DNA of 36,449 nt, taken from the IMG/VR virus record IMGVR_UViG_2541047954_000009. One strand, given 5' to 3'. The DNA comes from a virus. Taxonomy: Duplodnaviria > Heunggongvirae > Uroviricota > Caudoviricetes. This document shows positions 26,568-36,449 of this stretch, piece after piece. Numbering within the stretch: position 1 is the first letter of the stretch; each line of letters begins with the position of its first letter. The position numbers and the translations under genes were made by a program. Under the pieces are notes generated by a model. That model worked only from the letters and a program-made list of their open reading frames with translations. It made no database searches and was not told where the DNA came from.

Positions 26568-28982
26568 TTAATACAGGTTCCGCCACTGATCATCTTCCTG
26601 CAAACGCTGGTTCCGATAGAAGATACGCAGGCCTGCTCCTGACGGAATACTGCCTCCGCGAAGGAGTAAATCGACCTCTTTCTCGCTGCCATCAAATCCT
26701 CTGGACTTCAGCTCATACACGAGCTGCAGTCGCTGATGGTCTGTAATTCGCTGTTTGTAGTCTTTACGCCGTTTCGGTTTCACCAGGCGTAACCTTGCTG
26801 CCAGTTCCCGGCGCTCTTTTTTGCTCATACTGTGCAGGTAATCGTGCAACTCCTTGTCATCCATGCTGGTAATGTCCGTTCTGGGGTCCCCATCAGCTGA
26901 TTTATCTTTCTCCTGTTGGTTCAAATTTTCAGCAAGGGGACAGTTATTGCCACGAGTCCAAGGGGCGCAAGCGCCCTGGTCGGCTGCCGCCTCCTGAACG
27001 TCAACGGCCTTACGAACCATTTTCCACTTCACGGCATGAGTGCAGATTTTGCCCTCTGCAATGGGTGACCAGATGCCATAAATACGAATGCCGTGATCGC
27101 CATAGGCGGTCGGCTCTTCGTTGATTTCATAAGCGGTTCTGATGAGGTGATATTTGCGGGGGACCAGTACGCCGCCCTGCTTCATGATGTAGGTGGCAAA
27201 ACAACCAGCATCAGCTGCAGCCAGAATGGCATCAAGGCGCGGGTTATCCAGTACCGGCGCACCTGCTTTTTTGTCACCCTGTTGCCTTGCCGCCTGACCA
27301 GCCAGCAATCGCAGTTCACGGTAAGCCTGACGCCCCGGAATGCCAAAGAAGCGGAATTGCTGAACACGATGCAGAGACGCCCAGGCATTAACGTATTCAG
27401 CGTTATCACGCAGAGATTTACCCGTTTCCTTGCTGATCTCGCCAGCCAGACCACGCCCGTCAATGTTCTTACTGATGTATTTCGCGATGTAGCTAGTCGG
27501 CGTTCCTTTGCGCGGGTTTATCAGCTCAGACTTAAAGCGTGGCCCCGTGTTATTACCCAGCTCCTCGCGGTCTTCACGAATGGCAAACTTACGCAACAAA
27601 GCAGTAATGGTGCGGCGATCTTTTTTGCGCATAAAACACAACAGGTGCCAGTGAACTGTACCGTCATGATGCGGCTCAGCCACCCGCACGCCATACCAGC
27701 GCAATCCGGCTTTGTGCATCGCCTTACGAAATGCAGCAAACATGCCGACCAGATAATCACTGCTTTGTCTTACCGTCGTATTTGTCCAGGTCGGGTTGGG
27801 CCTGCCGTTATTTAGCGTGGAATGGAAACGTGACGGACAGGTGATGGTGTAGAAAACGGCGCAGTCACCGCGCATTTCCGCGATAAGCTCCAGACCTTTA
27901 ACACAGGCCATCATCTCATTGCGGCGATGCGCAGGGTTGCTGCTGCTGGCGTTTACCACATCCTCCATGTCCAGCGTGTCGCCGTCTTCGTTCACCAGTT
28001 CATGAGAACGGAAAAACTCCAGCGACTTACGGCGCTGCTCACGTTTATGCATCACGGCTTCATAGCTGACATAGGGAGATGCTTTTTTGCTGACCAGGCA
28101 AACAGCACGCAACTGCTCTTCCCGCCATTCGCAACGCATCTTCCATAATTTCCGGTACCACCAATCGGCGCACAACATACGCGCCAGCGAACCCGGAATG
28201 AGTTCATAGGGCACGGGTTTACGGCGGTTTCTTTTCCGGCGGAGTTGCTCAAACGCAGGCGGTATGACATCCAGTCGCAGGGTTTCTGCTGCCACCTTTT
28301 CCCATGTCTTGCGGATTTCTTCTGGCTTAACGTCATCGGTGGCATACAAATCGCCACAAGCTGCATCAAGGCACATGCTCATATGCGCAGCAACAAGGGT
28401 GGACAGGCGTTTCACCTGATCCTGACTCATTTCAGGCAGAATCAGCAGGCCGTCCAGCCCTTCATGGCTTGCCATAAAGCGAAAAGAAGTGGATAGCTGA
28501 CTGTCGCGTACATGCTCCAGCCGTTCCAGACATGGCTTAATCGTCTCACGCAAATAGCGGGAATAAGCCTTTGGCCTGCCAAGGCTGCTGAAGTATTCAA
28601 TACGTTGCATCAGCGGCCTGCTGATATGGGAAGGCTGGGCGTTAACGTCTGCCAGAATGACCATGTCCGGGTTAAAACGCTGCTGCTCATGCGCCAACTT
28701 TGCCCGGCTAATGAGCTTATCCTGCTCCATTTCGCGCTGGACAGGATCACGGGATTCATTAAAGAAATAACGCTCCCAAACCTGATCACTCAGTGCCTCG
28801 CGGCGCAGTTGTTCCTGCTCGTTATCGGCAGCGTACAGAGTGATCAGGTTTGAAAGCGCAGAAACCGGCGCAACTTCCGCCGGGTCCAGATAAGGGTTAA
28901 TAGCCTTTTTCGGGCTGTTCCATGAGAATGCTGCGGCGGCCTCGTTAAAGCCGCTGCAGTTGTTCATATCAGCATGGCTCAT
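26568..28982 (-). CDS. A: Replication initiation protein A (rolling-circle endonuclease, 804 aa)
   Basis: Long ORF resembling the P2/186 gpA replication protein family as remembered; located in the early region upstream of the cos-proximal genes. Confidence 0.88.
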   Translation of the reverse strand: MSHADMNNCSGFNEAAAAFSWNSPKKAINPYLDPAEVAPVSALSNLITLYAADNEQEQLRREALSDQVWERYFFNESRDPVQREMEQDKLISRAKLAHEQQRFNPDMVILADVNAQPSHISRPLMQRIEYFSSLGRPKAYSRYLRETIKPCLERLEHVRDSQLSTSFRFMASHEGLDGLLILPEMSQDQVKRLSTLVAAHMSMCLDAACGDLYATDDVKPEEIRKTWEKVAAETLRLDVIPPAFEQLRRKRNRRKPVPYELIPGSLARMLCADWWYRKLWKMRCEWREEQLRAVCLVSKKASPYVSYEAVMHKREQRRKSLEFFRSHELVNEDGDTLDMEDVVNASSSNPAHRRNEMMACVKGLELIAEMRGDCAVFYTITCPSRFHSTLNNGRPNPTWTNTTVRQSSDYLVGMFAAFRKAMHKAGLRWYGVRVAEPHHDGTVHWHLLCFMRKKDRRTITALLRKFAIREDREELGNNTGPRFKSELINPRKGTPTSYIAKYISKNIDGRGLAGEISKETGKSLRDNAEYVNAWASLHRVQQFRFFGIPGRQAYRELRLLAGQAARQQGDKKAGAPVLDNPRLDAILAAADAGCFATYIMKQGGVLVPRKYHLIRTAYEINEEPTAYGDHGIRIYGIWSPIAEGKICTHAVKWKMVRKAVDVQEAAADQGACAPWTRGNNCPLAENLNQQEKDKSADGDPRTDITSMDDKELHDYLHSMSKKERRELAARLRLVKPKRRKDYKQRITDHQRLQLVYELKSRGFDGSEKEVDLLLRGGSIPSGAGLRIFYRNQRLQEDDQWRNLY

Positions 28983-29836
28983 GCACGCACTCCGTACACG
29001 GCAGAACTATCCACGCCACGCGAAGGATCAAATCCCACCCAGCAGCGCGCCCCAGAAACAGCGATGATTTCTGTTGCAGATTTACTCTCGCCAGCCGACA
29101 CGCCGATGCTGCGTTTTGCCTTGATGTAGTGGTGAGTGAAATTTCGATACAGCGAACGGATCAGGGATGTGTCACTGTTAGAAACAATGACTGGATGACC
29201 TTCTGATGATCGATATTCAAGAACAGATGCCAGGTGATACTGGTCATCTTCAGTGAAGCCGTCAGTGTGATAGCCGGAAAACGTACCGTCATAAGGCGGA
29301 TCGCAATACACCACATCCCCCACCTGCAGCATCGCCAGCGTTTCATCAAAGCTGGCGCAGATAAACGTTGCTCGCTGGGCTTTCTCTGCAAATGCGCGAA
29401 TTTCTTTTTCAGGGAAATACGGATTTTTATAATTACCGTATGGAATGTTGAAATGCCCGCTCTTGTTATAACGACATAACCCACGGTAACCATGACGATT
29501 GAGATACAGGAAATATACCGCTTTCATGAAATCAGTAATTTCAGTGGAGTAATTAAACTCCTGCCTTATGTTGTAATAAGCCAACTCCCTGTTTGCTTCC
29601 TCAAATAAAGCTCTGGCACGAGATATAAACGCCTCGCAATCAGCAGCAACCTTTTTATAGAGGTTGATTAAATCAGGATTAATATCCGCAACAAGATAGC
29701 TGGGGTAATCCGTCTCCATCATCACAGCACAGGAACCCGCGAAAGGTTCAACCAGTCGCGGGCCAGCAGGAAGATGTTTTTTCAGTTCGGACATAATGGC
29801 AGTTTTATTACCCGCCCATTTCAGGATGGTACTCAT
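28979..29836 (-). CDS. dam: DNA adenine methyltransferase (Dam-like N6-adenine MTase)
   Basis: Resembles Dam from [15 protein letters not shown]...; contains the DPPY catalytic motif and AdoMet-binding FAGSCAV; start at ATG 29836 (RBS AGGAGG), not the upstream ORF start at 29908. Confidence 0.85.
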
Positions 29837-30135
29837 ACAGCACCTCCTGCAATAACATATCCTAAAGCTTCTAATGGGGTTAATGGGCGAATTGATAGCA
29901 TCACCCATTGTTCTGAAACTGCCATGACGTCATTAACCGGAAGCACATGAGAGATAACAGCGGCCCATTCCCTACCCGTAAATACGCCATGCTTCCATTC
30001 GCAAAGAGAAAGAACATCACCAACTTTATAGCCACGATCGTCTTTACGAAGTTCAGCCGTCTTTTGACCTGCAACCACAGCGTTGAAATACTTAGGTGCA
30101 ATTTTTAATTGATGGATACGCACTGCCCTTGTCAT
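29833..30135 (-). CDS. Small phage protein of the DUF3850/ASCH-like kind
   Basis: 100-aa ORF from [40 protein letters not shown]...; this pattern recurs next to dam in P2-like prophages as remembered. Confidence 0.55.
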
Positions 30136-30359
30136 ACAGCACCTCCGTTGTAATGTTTGCCTTTCAGCTCTGCGATTTCCTGGCAGGTAATGCAAAGCTG
30201 CACTCCCGGAATGGCGCGGCGTCGTGCTGGCGGAATTGGCGCTTCACATTCAATACAAAGCACGCGAGACACGCCCGGTGTTTTGGCACGGGCAGCACGA
30301 ATATGACGCTGGCGTTCTTCTTCAACGCGCTGCTGTACGAGATCCATTGCATCAGCCAT
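30132..30359 (-). CDS. TraR/DksA-family C4 zinc-finger protein
   Basis: 75-aa ORF with [26 protein letters not shown] (CxxC-N17-CxxC), like P2 orf82-type proteins. Confidence 0.75.
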
Positions 30360-30598
30360 TAGTGGATCTCCTGCGCTTCGTTCTGGATTGCTTCAGCAGT
30401 TACACGCAGCAGTTCTGCCGCTTCGACGTGGTTTAGCTGGCGGGATGTGATATGACACGCCAGGCTATCAAGGCGAGCTGCCATTGCTTCAGCCCTTGCC
30501 CGACGTTCTTCCAGACGAGCCTCTGTCAGTAAAATATTAAGCCCTGCGTCATCCGGTCCGGTTTTAGTCGTGAGGATTTCAATATTACGCATAATCAA
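30359..30598 (-). CDS. Hypothetical early-region protein (79 aa)
   Basis: ORF in an operon-like array with ATGA overlap to the downstream zinc-finger gene; no recognisable motif. Confidence 0.5.
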   Translation of the reverse strand: MIMRNIEILTTKTGPDDAGLNILLTEARLEERRARAEAMAARLDSLACHITSRQLNHVEAAELLRVTAEAIQNEAQEIH

Positions 30599-30659
30599 TT
30601 CTCCTGAATTTAGATAAAGGGATGCCCGGCGGGTTTACGCCATTAATTTCATTAGTTGG

Positions 30660-31001
30660 TTAATTCGGCATGGTTAGCCGTCTGGGAAATAAGCTCACCA
30701 CTGCACGAAAATGATTCATTGCTTTAATCAGCTCCCGCTTTTCGTCAGTGGTCAGCTCATTAATGCTGATGCTATGACGTTCAGCTGGAATTTTTGCCAT
30801 AAAGAATATGGCAGCCAGTGCCCGTTTATTTTGTTCATTATTGATATCCCGTGGATCACGCATATCTTTAATAAACCGCTCAAGCTCTGACTCAATATTC
30901 AGGCCAAATACTTTCGCCCTTAACTCCGCAATGTGATTAAGTCCATTCAGGCGTTCACCGGGGCTTAATGGAACAGTCGCCGCAGCGCCATTAATTGCCA
31001 T
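30660..31001 (-). CDS. Hypothetical early-region protein (113 aa)
   Basis: ORF in the 186-type early operon between the cII-proximal genes and A; no recognisable motif. Confidence 0.5.
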   Translation of the reverse strand: MAINGAAATVPLSPGERLNGLNHIAELRAKVFGLNIESELERFIKDMRDPRDINNEQNKRALAAIFFMAKIPAERHSISINELTTDEKRELIKAMNHFRAVVSLFPRRLTMPN

Positions 31002-31023
31002 AATTCATATCCCCAAAACGCAA

Positions 31024-31248
31024 CTATCGTTCTTTGTTCTTACGGTAACGTTCAAGAGGAGATACATTTTTTCGTATCGCCTCTTTAACCTGCTCTCCCC
31101 GTAAAAACGTCCCATCCCTTAGCGTGAAAAAGTAACTGCCATCGCCCGACAACGACGGATAACAACAGAGCAAATCATCTTCAGGTACTGAATAACTCTC
31201 CCCTCTGTAACGAAACTGATAAACCACTTCACTTTCCGCTGCATACAT
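31024..31248 (-). CDS. Hypothetical early-region protein (74 aa)
   Basis: ORF with RBS GGAG 9 nt upstream of the ATG; acidic, soluble-looking sequence. Confidence 0.5.
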   Translation of the reverse strand: MYAAESEVVYQFRYRGESYSVPEDDLLCCYPSLSGDGSYFFTLRDGTFLRGEQVKEAIRKNVSPLERYRKNKER

Positions 31249-31415
31249 TTTGACTTTCTCCGTTTCCTCGTGGTCAATTCAGACAGCAATTCATATTGTG
31301 AATGACATGGATGCCAGCGTTTACCATCCTCACCCATGATCCAGCCGTGACCGTAGTGCATTGCCGGGCTTTGTTTTACCAGCAGCGATGCAAATGATGG
31401 TTCTTTCGTCAGCAT
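31119..31415 (-). CDS. Small early-region protein (about 98 aa) overlapping the next gene out of frame
   Basis: ATG at 31415 with RBS GAGGTG just after the cII stop; the frame stays open to 31119 and so overlaps the 31024-31248 gene by about 130 nt in another frame. Extent uncertain. Confidence 0.35.
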   Translation of the reverse strand: MLTKEPSFASLLVKQSPAMHYGHGWIMGEDGKRWHPCHSQYELLSELTTRKRRKSKCMQRKVKWFISFVTEGRVIQYLKMICSVVIRRCRAMAVTFSR

Positions 31416-31422
31416 AAGCACC

Positions 31423-31932
31423 TCACAGCAAACCGAATGAAGCACCGAGGCCAGTCACGGTATCAACTGCACTCACCATCGCAGGATTAGCCTGTAAACG
31501 GGCCTGCAATGAAACAGCCGCCAGCGCCATCAGTCGTGTTACAGAGTTAATGCTGCTGATAGCATCACGACGACCGGCACTAGTTTTTACATCACCAGAT
31601 ACCGCACCTGCTGCAACACGCCCGATCTCTGCAGTTGCGCTCATGACGTAATGCGGCAGTTTCTCTTTTGCCACCTCATTAATCGGTACACATGGCAGAC
31701 AATGAATCTGTGCCAGAAAACCATCTACCAGCGTTGAATCTTCAGTCAGATCGGTAAGCAGCCAGATTTCTGGTGCGGTTAATAAATGAGGCTGAGCTGG
31801 GTTCAGCTTGTTCCGCAGAATCTGCACATTCATGCCTGCACGTTCTGCCAGTTGCACCAGGTTGTGACGCAGTGCAAAAGCCCTACAGGCTTCATCGAAA
31901 TGCGGATGTTTGGAAATCTTGTAATCAAACAT
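31423..31932 (-). CDS. cII: CII-like lysogeny-establishment transcriptional activator (169 aa)
   Basis: Resembles 186 CII as remembered ([24 protein letters not shown]...[16 protein letters not shown]...), same length and position after the apl-like gene. Confidence 0.8.
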   Translation of the reverse strand: MFDYKISKHPHFDEACRAFALRHNLVQLAERAGMNVQILRNKLNPAQPHLLTAPEIWLLTDLTEDSTLVDGFLAQIHCLPCVPINEVAKEKLPHYVMSATAEIGRVAAGAVSGDVKTSAGRRDAISSINSVTRLMALAAVSLQARLQANPAMVSAVDTVTGLGASFGLL

Positions 31933-31964
31933 GGTGCCCCCTTAGAAAGTTCCCATAATTGAAC

Positions 31965-32207
31965 TTACTTACCAACAATGACGCGGAAGTTGGAATGACC
32001 GAGGGATTCACGGACCTGATCAGTTTTGTACATCAGATAACGAAGGCTTACGCGGCCTTTATTTTTTTCTTTCTTGACCATGTACTTAGCAAGTTGACCA
32101 TGGTGAATTTTTTGGTAAACAGAGCCACGGGAAATGCCCTCCCACTCTGCGAACTCTGCAGGCGTAGCCATCTCTTTTGGTACACGAATTGAAATATCAG
32201 TACTCAT
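31965..32207 (-). CDS. Apl/Cox-like excisionase and lytic-promoter regulator (HTH)
   Basis: 80-aa ORF, first gene of the rightward early operon, divergent from cI; contains an HTH-like segment (FAEWEGISRGSVYQKIHHGQL). Confidence 0.6.
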   Translation of the reverse strand: MSTDISIRVPKEMATPAEFAEWEGISRGSVYQKIHHGQLAKYMVKKEKNKGRVSLRYLMYKTDQVRESLGHSNFRVIVGK

Positions 32208-32253
32208 AGTGCAGTATCTCTTACTTTGTGTGCGTGTTAGTTCGTTTTAGCTC

Positions 32254-32309
32254 GTCTCTTTAACTCTCACATCAAGAGACACGAAGACATTACGATCTTG
32301 ATTCAAGAT
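32254..32309. promoter_or_regulatory. cI/apl divergent switch region with two inverted repeats (candidate operators)
   Basis: GTCTCTT-N13-AAGAGAC (32254-32280) and the 15-bp palindrome ATCTTGA-T-TCAAGAT (32295-32309), in the 121-bp gap between the divergent apl-like and cI genes. Confidence 0.45.
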
Positions 32310-32328
32310 TGTCAAATGGAGATTACCA

Positions 32329-32961
32329 ATGTTAAACATCAGAATGGGTTCCGATACGGGAGGTAAGGCAGCTATTGAGAGGCTGCTTGAGGCTTATGGA
32401 TTCACAACTAAGCAGGCATTAAGCGAGCACCTGAATGTCTCAAAAAGTACTATGGCAAACAGAGTGTTACGTGACAGTTTTCCTGCTGACTGGATAATTC
32501 AGTGTGCACTAGAAACCGGTGTTTCGTTACTTTGGTTAGCCACTGGACAGGGAAGCATGAAAGAAGGATACGAGCCTGAGAAAAGATCTCATAACGAGAA
32601 CAAACAAGCAATTAAACCGTTATCCAAACTCATAACTCCATCTATTCCTAAAGGAACCTTGGAAAATGGACAACTCAGTATTGATGAAGAGATTTTCCTA
32701 GACCACAGCATATTACCTGCAGATTATGAAGAATCGATGTTCTTAGAAACCCCTACTGATTGTTATCTCATCGATAAATCAGTTAAACAAGTCAGCAATG
32801 GATTCTGGCTTATCAATATTGATGGAATGATTATTATTGCAAAAATCATGCGGATTCCCGGCAATAAGATTGTAGTAAATCAAGATGAAGCGTCTTTCGA
32901 GTGCTCTGCTGATGATGTGGAAGTTATTGGGCGTGCAGTCAAAGTAATAAAGAGTATCTAA
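32329..32961 (+). CDS. cI: CI-like immunity repressor (210 aa)
   Basis: ORF with an N-terminal HTH-like region (TTKQALSEHLNVSKSTMANRV), divergent from the apl-like gene and directly followed by int as in 186; RBS GGAG 7 nt upstream. Confidence 0.75.
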   Translation: MLNIRMGSDTGGKAAIERLLEAYGFTTKQALSEHLNVSKSTMANRVLRDSFPADWIIQCALETGVSLLWLATGQGSMKEGYEPEKRSHNENKQAIKPLSKLITPSIPKGTLENGQLSIDEEIFLDHSILPADYEESMFLETPTDCYLIDKSVKQVSNGFWLINIDGMIIIAKIMRIPGNKIVVNQDEASFECSADDVEVIGRAVKVIKSI

Positions 32962-32963
32962 AC

Positions 32964-33980
32964 ATGACTGTCAGAAAACAGCCAAACGGTAAATGGTTGT
33001 GCGAGTGCTATCCCAATGGACGCAATGGCAAGCGCGTGCGTAAGCAATTTGCTACGAAAGGCGAAGCCATTGCTTTTGAAAGCTTCACAATGGAAGAAGT
33101 GAACAAAAAACCATGGCTGGGGGAAAAGGAAGATCGGCGACACCTATCAGAATTAATTGAGCAGTGGTATTCCCTGTATGGTCAAACACTCGCAGACCCC
33201 AAGCGCCTCATAGCGAAACTTAGAATTATCTGTAATGGTCTAGGCGATCCCATCGCTTCAGAACTGACAGCCGGTGACTTTACGAAATACCGCGAAGCAC
33301 GGTTAAAAGGTGAAGTACGAAATGAAGATGGCACGTTTATGTCGCCCGTTAAGCCCCGCACGGTAAACCTTGAACAGCGCAATCTATCATCTGTTTTTGG
33401 TACACTGAAAAAGCTGGGCCACTGGTCAGCCCCCAACCCGCTTGCTGGGCTGCCAACATTTAAAATTGCTGAGAGTGAATTGGCGTTCCTGACCCCGGAA
33501 GAAATTAAACGTCTGCTGGATGCCTGCGCCGATTCTCAAAGCTCCAGCCTGCTTTTGATTGCAAAAATATGCCTGGCCACCGGCGCACGCTGGAGCGAAG
33601 CCGAAAACCTGCAGAGTCATCAGGTATCAAAATACCGTATCACTTATACCAAGACCAAAGGCAAGAAAAACCGAACTGTGCCTATTTCTAAGGATTTATA
33701 TGAAGAACTGCCTAAGAATAGGGGGAAGTTATTCACCCCATGCAGAAAAGCCTTTGAGCGTGCAGTAAAGCGGGCTGGTATCGATCTGCCAGAGGGTCAA
33801 TGTACTCACGTTCTGCGTCATACATTCGCTAGCCATTTTATGATGAATGGTGGAAACATATTGGTTTTGCGGGATATCCTAGGACATTCAGATATAAAAA
33901 TGACCATGGTCTATGCACACTTCGCCCCAGACCATTTAGAAGATGCCGTAACTAAAAATCCTTTATTTAATTTGAGGTAA
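32964..33980 (+). CDS. int: Tyrosine site-specific integrase (P2/186 Int family)
   Basis: 338-aa ORF with the C-terminal catalytic region of tyrosine recombinases (ATGARWSEAENL...HVLRHTFASHFMMNGGNILVLRDILGHSDIKMTMVYAH); adjacent to the att site. Confidence 0.93.
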   Translation: MTVRKQPNGKWLCECYPNGRNGKRVRKQFATKGEAIAFESFTMEEVNKKPWLGEKEDRRHLSELIEQWYSLYGQTLADPKRLIAKLRIICNGLGDPIASELTAGDFTKYREARLKGEVRNEDGTFMSPVKPRTVNLEQRNLSSVFGTLKKLGHWSAPNPLAGLPTFKIAESELAFLTPEEIKRLLDACADSQSSSLLLIAKICLATGARWSEAENLQSHQVSKYRITYTKTKGKKNRTVPISKDLYEELPKNRGKLFTPCRKAFERAVKRAGIDLPEGQCTHVLRHTFASHFMMNGGNILVLRDILGHSDIKMTMVYAHFAPDHLEDAVTKNPLFNLR

Positions 33981-33990
33981 GTAGTAATTT

Positions 33991-34659
33991 ATGAATAGCG
34001 AACTAGAGTTACTTATAAAAATATTATTCCCTTCCCTATCTGCCATTATATCCTTATTAGGGCTTAAAACAGGGTGGACTTATAAAAAAGACAAACTATT
34101 CACATCACGTAAAAACATTAGCGAATTTTCATATCAAATGTATAAAAGCAGTGAAGATCCGACCTTCAAAAAACTGGCGGAAGATTACGGCATTGCTGCA
34201 TTAACCAAAGATAACACATTGACAAAAAAACAAAGATTAATATTACTCAACACAACAAACCCCGTTAGCGATATAGATGATTATTCCAAATGTCAAAGTC
34301 TAATTTCCATTACCACCCATAAAGAAATATTCGCATGGAATAAAAAAAGATATAAATACAGCATATATAGAAAATTAATAAAAATTATAACAACTCTAAT
34401 TTACTTCATGGGCAGTCTCGTCGTAGCACTTCCTTTCAGTTATTCTGTTGTAGTAAGTGCTAAGATGATGGAGAAGATAAACCATCTAACTACTTGGCAA
34501 TACTTTGGTTTAAGCAGCTATTTTGTGGTATCGGGAGTAGCAATATGCTTTATCTGCCTAGATAAGCTCTCCAAGATTAAGATCGCCGAGAGATTAATCG
34601 TTTCAAATAGGCGTTTAGGCGACAAATGCAGTGGCGGCACTTTGGCGGCAGAAAGTTAA
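33991..34659 (+). CDS. AT-rich accessory membrane protein (222 aa) between int and attR
   Basis: ORF with an N-terminal hydrophobic segment (LLIKILFPSLSAIISLLGL) and two C-terminal hydrophobic helices (ITTLIYFMGSLVVALPFSYSVVV; FGLSSYFVVSGVAICFICL); AT-rich with a weak RBS; no recognisable family. Confidence 0.55.
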   Translation: MNSELELLIKILFPSLSAIISLLGLKTGWTYKKDKLFTSRKNISEFSYQMYKSSEDPTFKKLAEDYGIAALTKDNTLTKKQRLILLNTTNPVSDIDDYSKCQSLISITTHKEIFAWNKKRYKYSIYRKLIKIITTLIYFMGSLVVALPFSYSVVVSAKMMEKINHLTTWQYFGLSSYFVVSGVAICFICLDKLSKIKIAERLIVSNRRLGDKCSGGTLAAES

Positions 34660-34744
34660 AAACCCATAAAACGGACAGACACCGCATAAATCTAACCAAC
34701 TGAAAATCAAAGCAAATCATTGTTTTTACAGACATTGAAATGCT

Positions 34745-34790
34745 ATGTAGGAATTTCGGACGCGGGTTCAACTCCCGCCAGCTCCACCAA
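34745..34790. repeat. attR: 46-bp direct repeat of the ssrA 3' end, right prophage junction
   Basis: Exact copy of 1016-1061; the sequences on either side diverge. Confidence 0.88.
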
Positions 34791-34917
34791 TCATGATTGG
34801 ACGGTGTAAGGACTACACCAACAAAAACAGGAAGTTATAAGTCTCAGCAGGACACCGACCAGACGGTGAGGAGACAAAAAAGGATACGCAACGGAGTCGC
34901 GACTCCCTATGACATTA

Positions 34918-34942
34918 AAGCCCGCTGATGCGGGCTTTTTTA
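34918..34942 (+). terminator. Rho-independent terminator in chromosomal DNA downstream of attR
   Basis: Stem AGCCCGC/GCGGGCT with loop TGAT, followed by TTTTTTATT. Confidence 0.6.
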
Positions 34943-35372
34943 TTGGTCCTGACCCGCCCTGAATAGAATTCATCCAATTACAGTCCAGACATATACAGTA
35001 TCCCTCAGCTCAGTATCAGCTTCTCGACAAATGGTCACTGTTATTTACCCGTTGCCAGAAAGAGAATAATTTGCCCCCATAGCCAGCCTTCCTGGAATCT
35101 GTATATTCATTAATATTGTTATCGATTCCATCAAGTAACATAGGTTGGATGCGATTGATCTTACTCACATTAGTCGACACGGAACTCAGTAAGTTGAACT
35201 CTGAAAAAGCAGTTTAAATAGCATTTAAACAAATGCCACCAGTTCGAAAAAGAGTATAAGCACACTTAATATATTGTTTTAATTATTCATTTCCTTTCAA
35301 CCCAATTCTTATCCCTCACATTATTTGTTATTAATTTGTTGTTTTTGATCACAATAAGAAAACAATATGTAA

Positions 35373-36449
<1,077 letters not shown>

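Larger units (their letters stand above)
1016..34790. mobile_element. P2/186-like temperate prophage integrated in ssrA (about 33.7 kb, apparently intact)
   Basis: Bounded by the 46-bp direct repeats; contains a tyrosine integrase, CI/CII/Apl-like switch, replication gene A, cos-like site, and a complete P2-type head, tail and lysis gene set in canonical order with overlapping stop/start junctions. Confidence 0.92.

Noticed and set aside
27093-27815. 240-aa plus-strand ORF inside replication gene A, plus other internal ORFs in that region
   Set aside because: Antisense to and nested within gene A, which is supported by family-level similarity and operon context.
34791-34973. 60-aa minus-strand ORF immediately outside attR
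   Set aside because: No RBS, overlaps a plus-strand terminator hairpin, and lies in chromosomal intergenic DNA; most likely non-coding.

Overview
The window is an Escherichia-type chromosomal segment: smpB (1-483) and the tmRNA gene ssrA (698-1060), then a roughly 33.7 kb P2/186-like temperate prophage integrated into the 3' end of ssrA, then the chromosomal gene csiD/glaH (35472-36449). The prophage is bounded by a 46-bp direct repeat of the ssrA 3' end (1016-1061 and 34745-34790) and looks complete. It carries a full P2-type late gene set (ogr, D-U-T-E/E'-FII-FI, G-H, I-J-W-V, S-R, spanins lysC/lysB, lysA, SAR-type endolysin, holin, X-L-M-N-O, and P-Q) and a 186-type early/lysogeny region (cI-int, apl-like, cII, replication gene A, and a LexA-box-controlled tum-like/dinI-like module). 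On top of this backbone sit several accessory genes. The most notable is a 778-aa, AT-rich ABC-type ATPase of the PrrC/RloC (AAA_13) kind between portal gene Q and the cos site (23289-25625), a candidate single-gene anti-phage or abortive-infection factor. Others are a catalytically degenerate paralog of the terminase ATPase domain inserted and translationally coupled between P and Q (21504-22211), a small WYL-like/BRCT protein next to attL (1184-1666), an AT-rich membrane protein between int and attR (33991-34659), and a Dam-like methyltransferase. All calls rest on reading the supplied translations and DNA by eye against remembered protein families; no database search was run.
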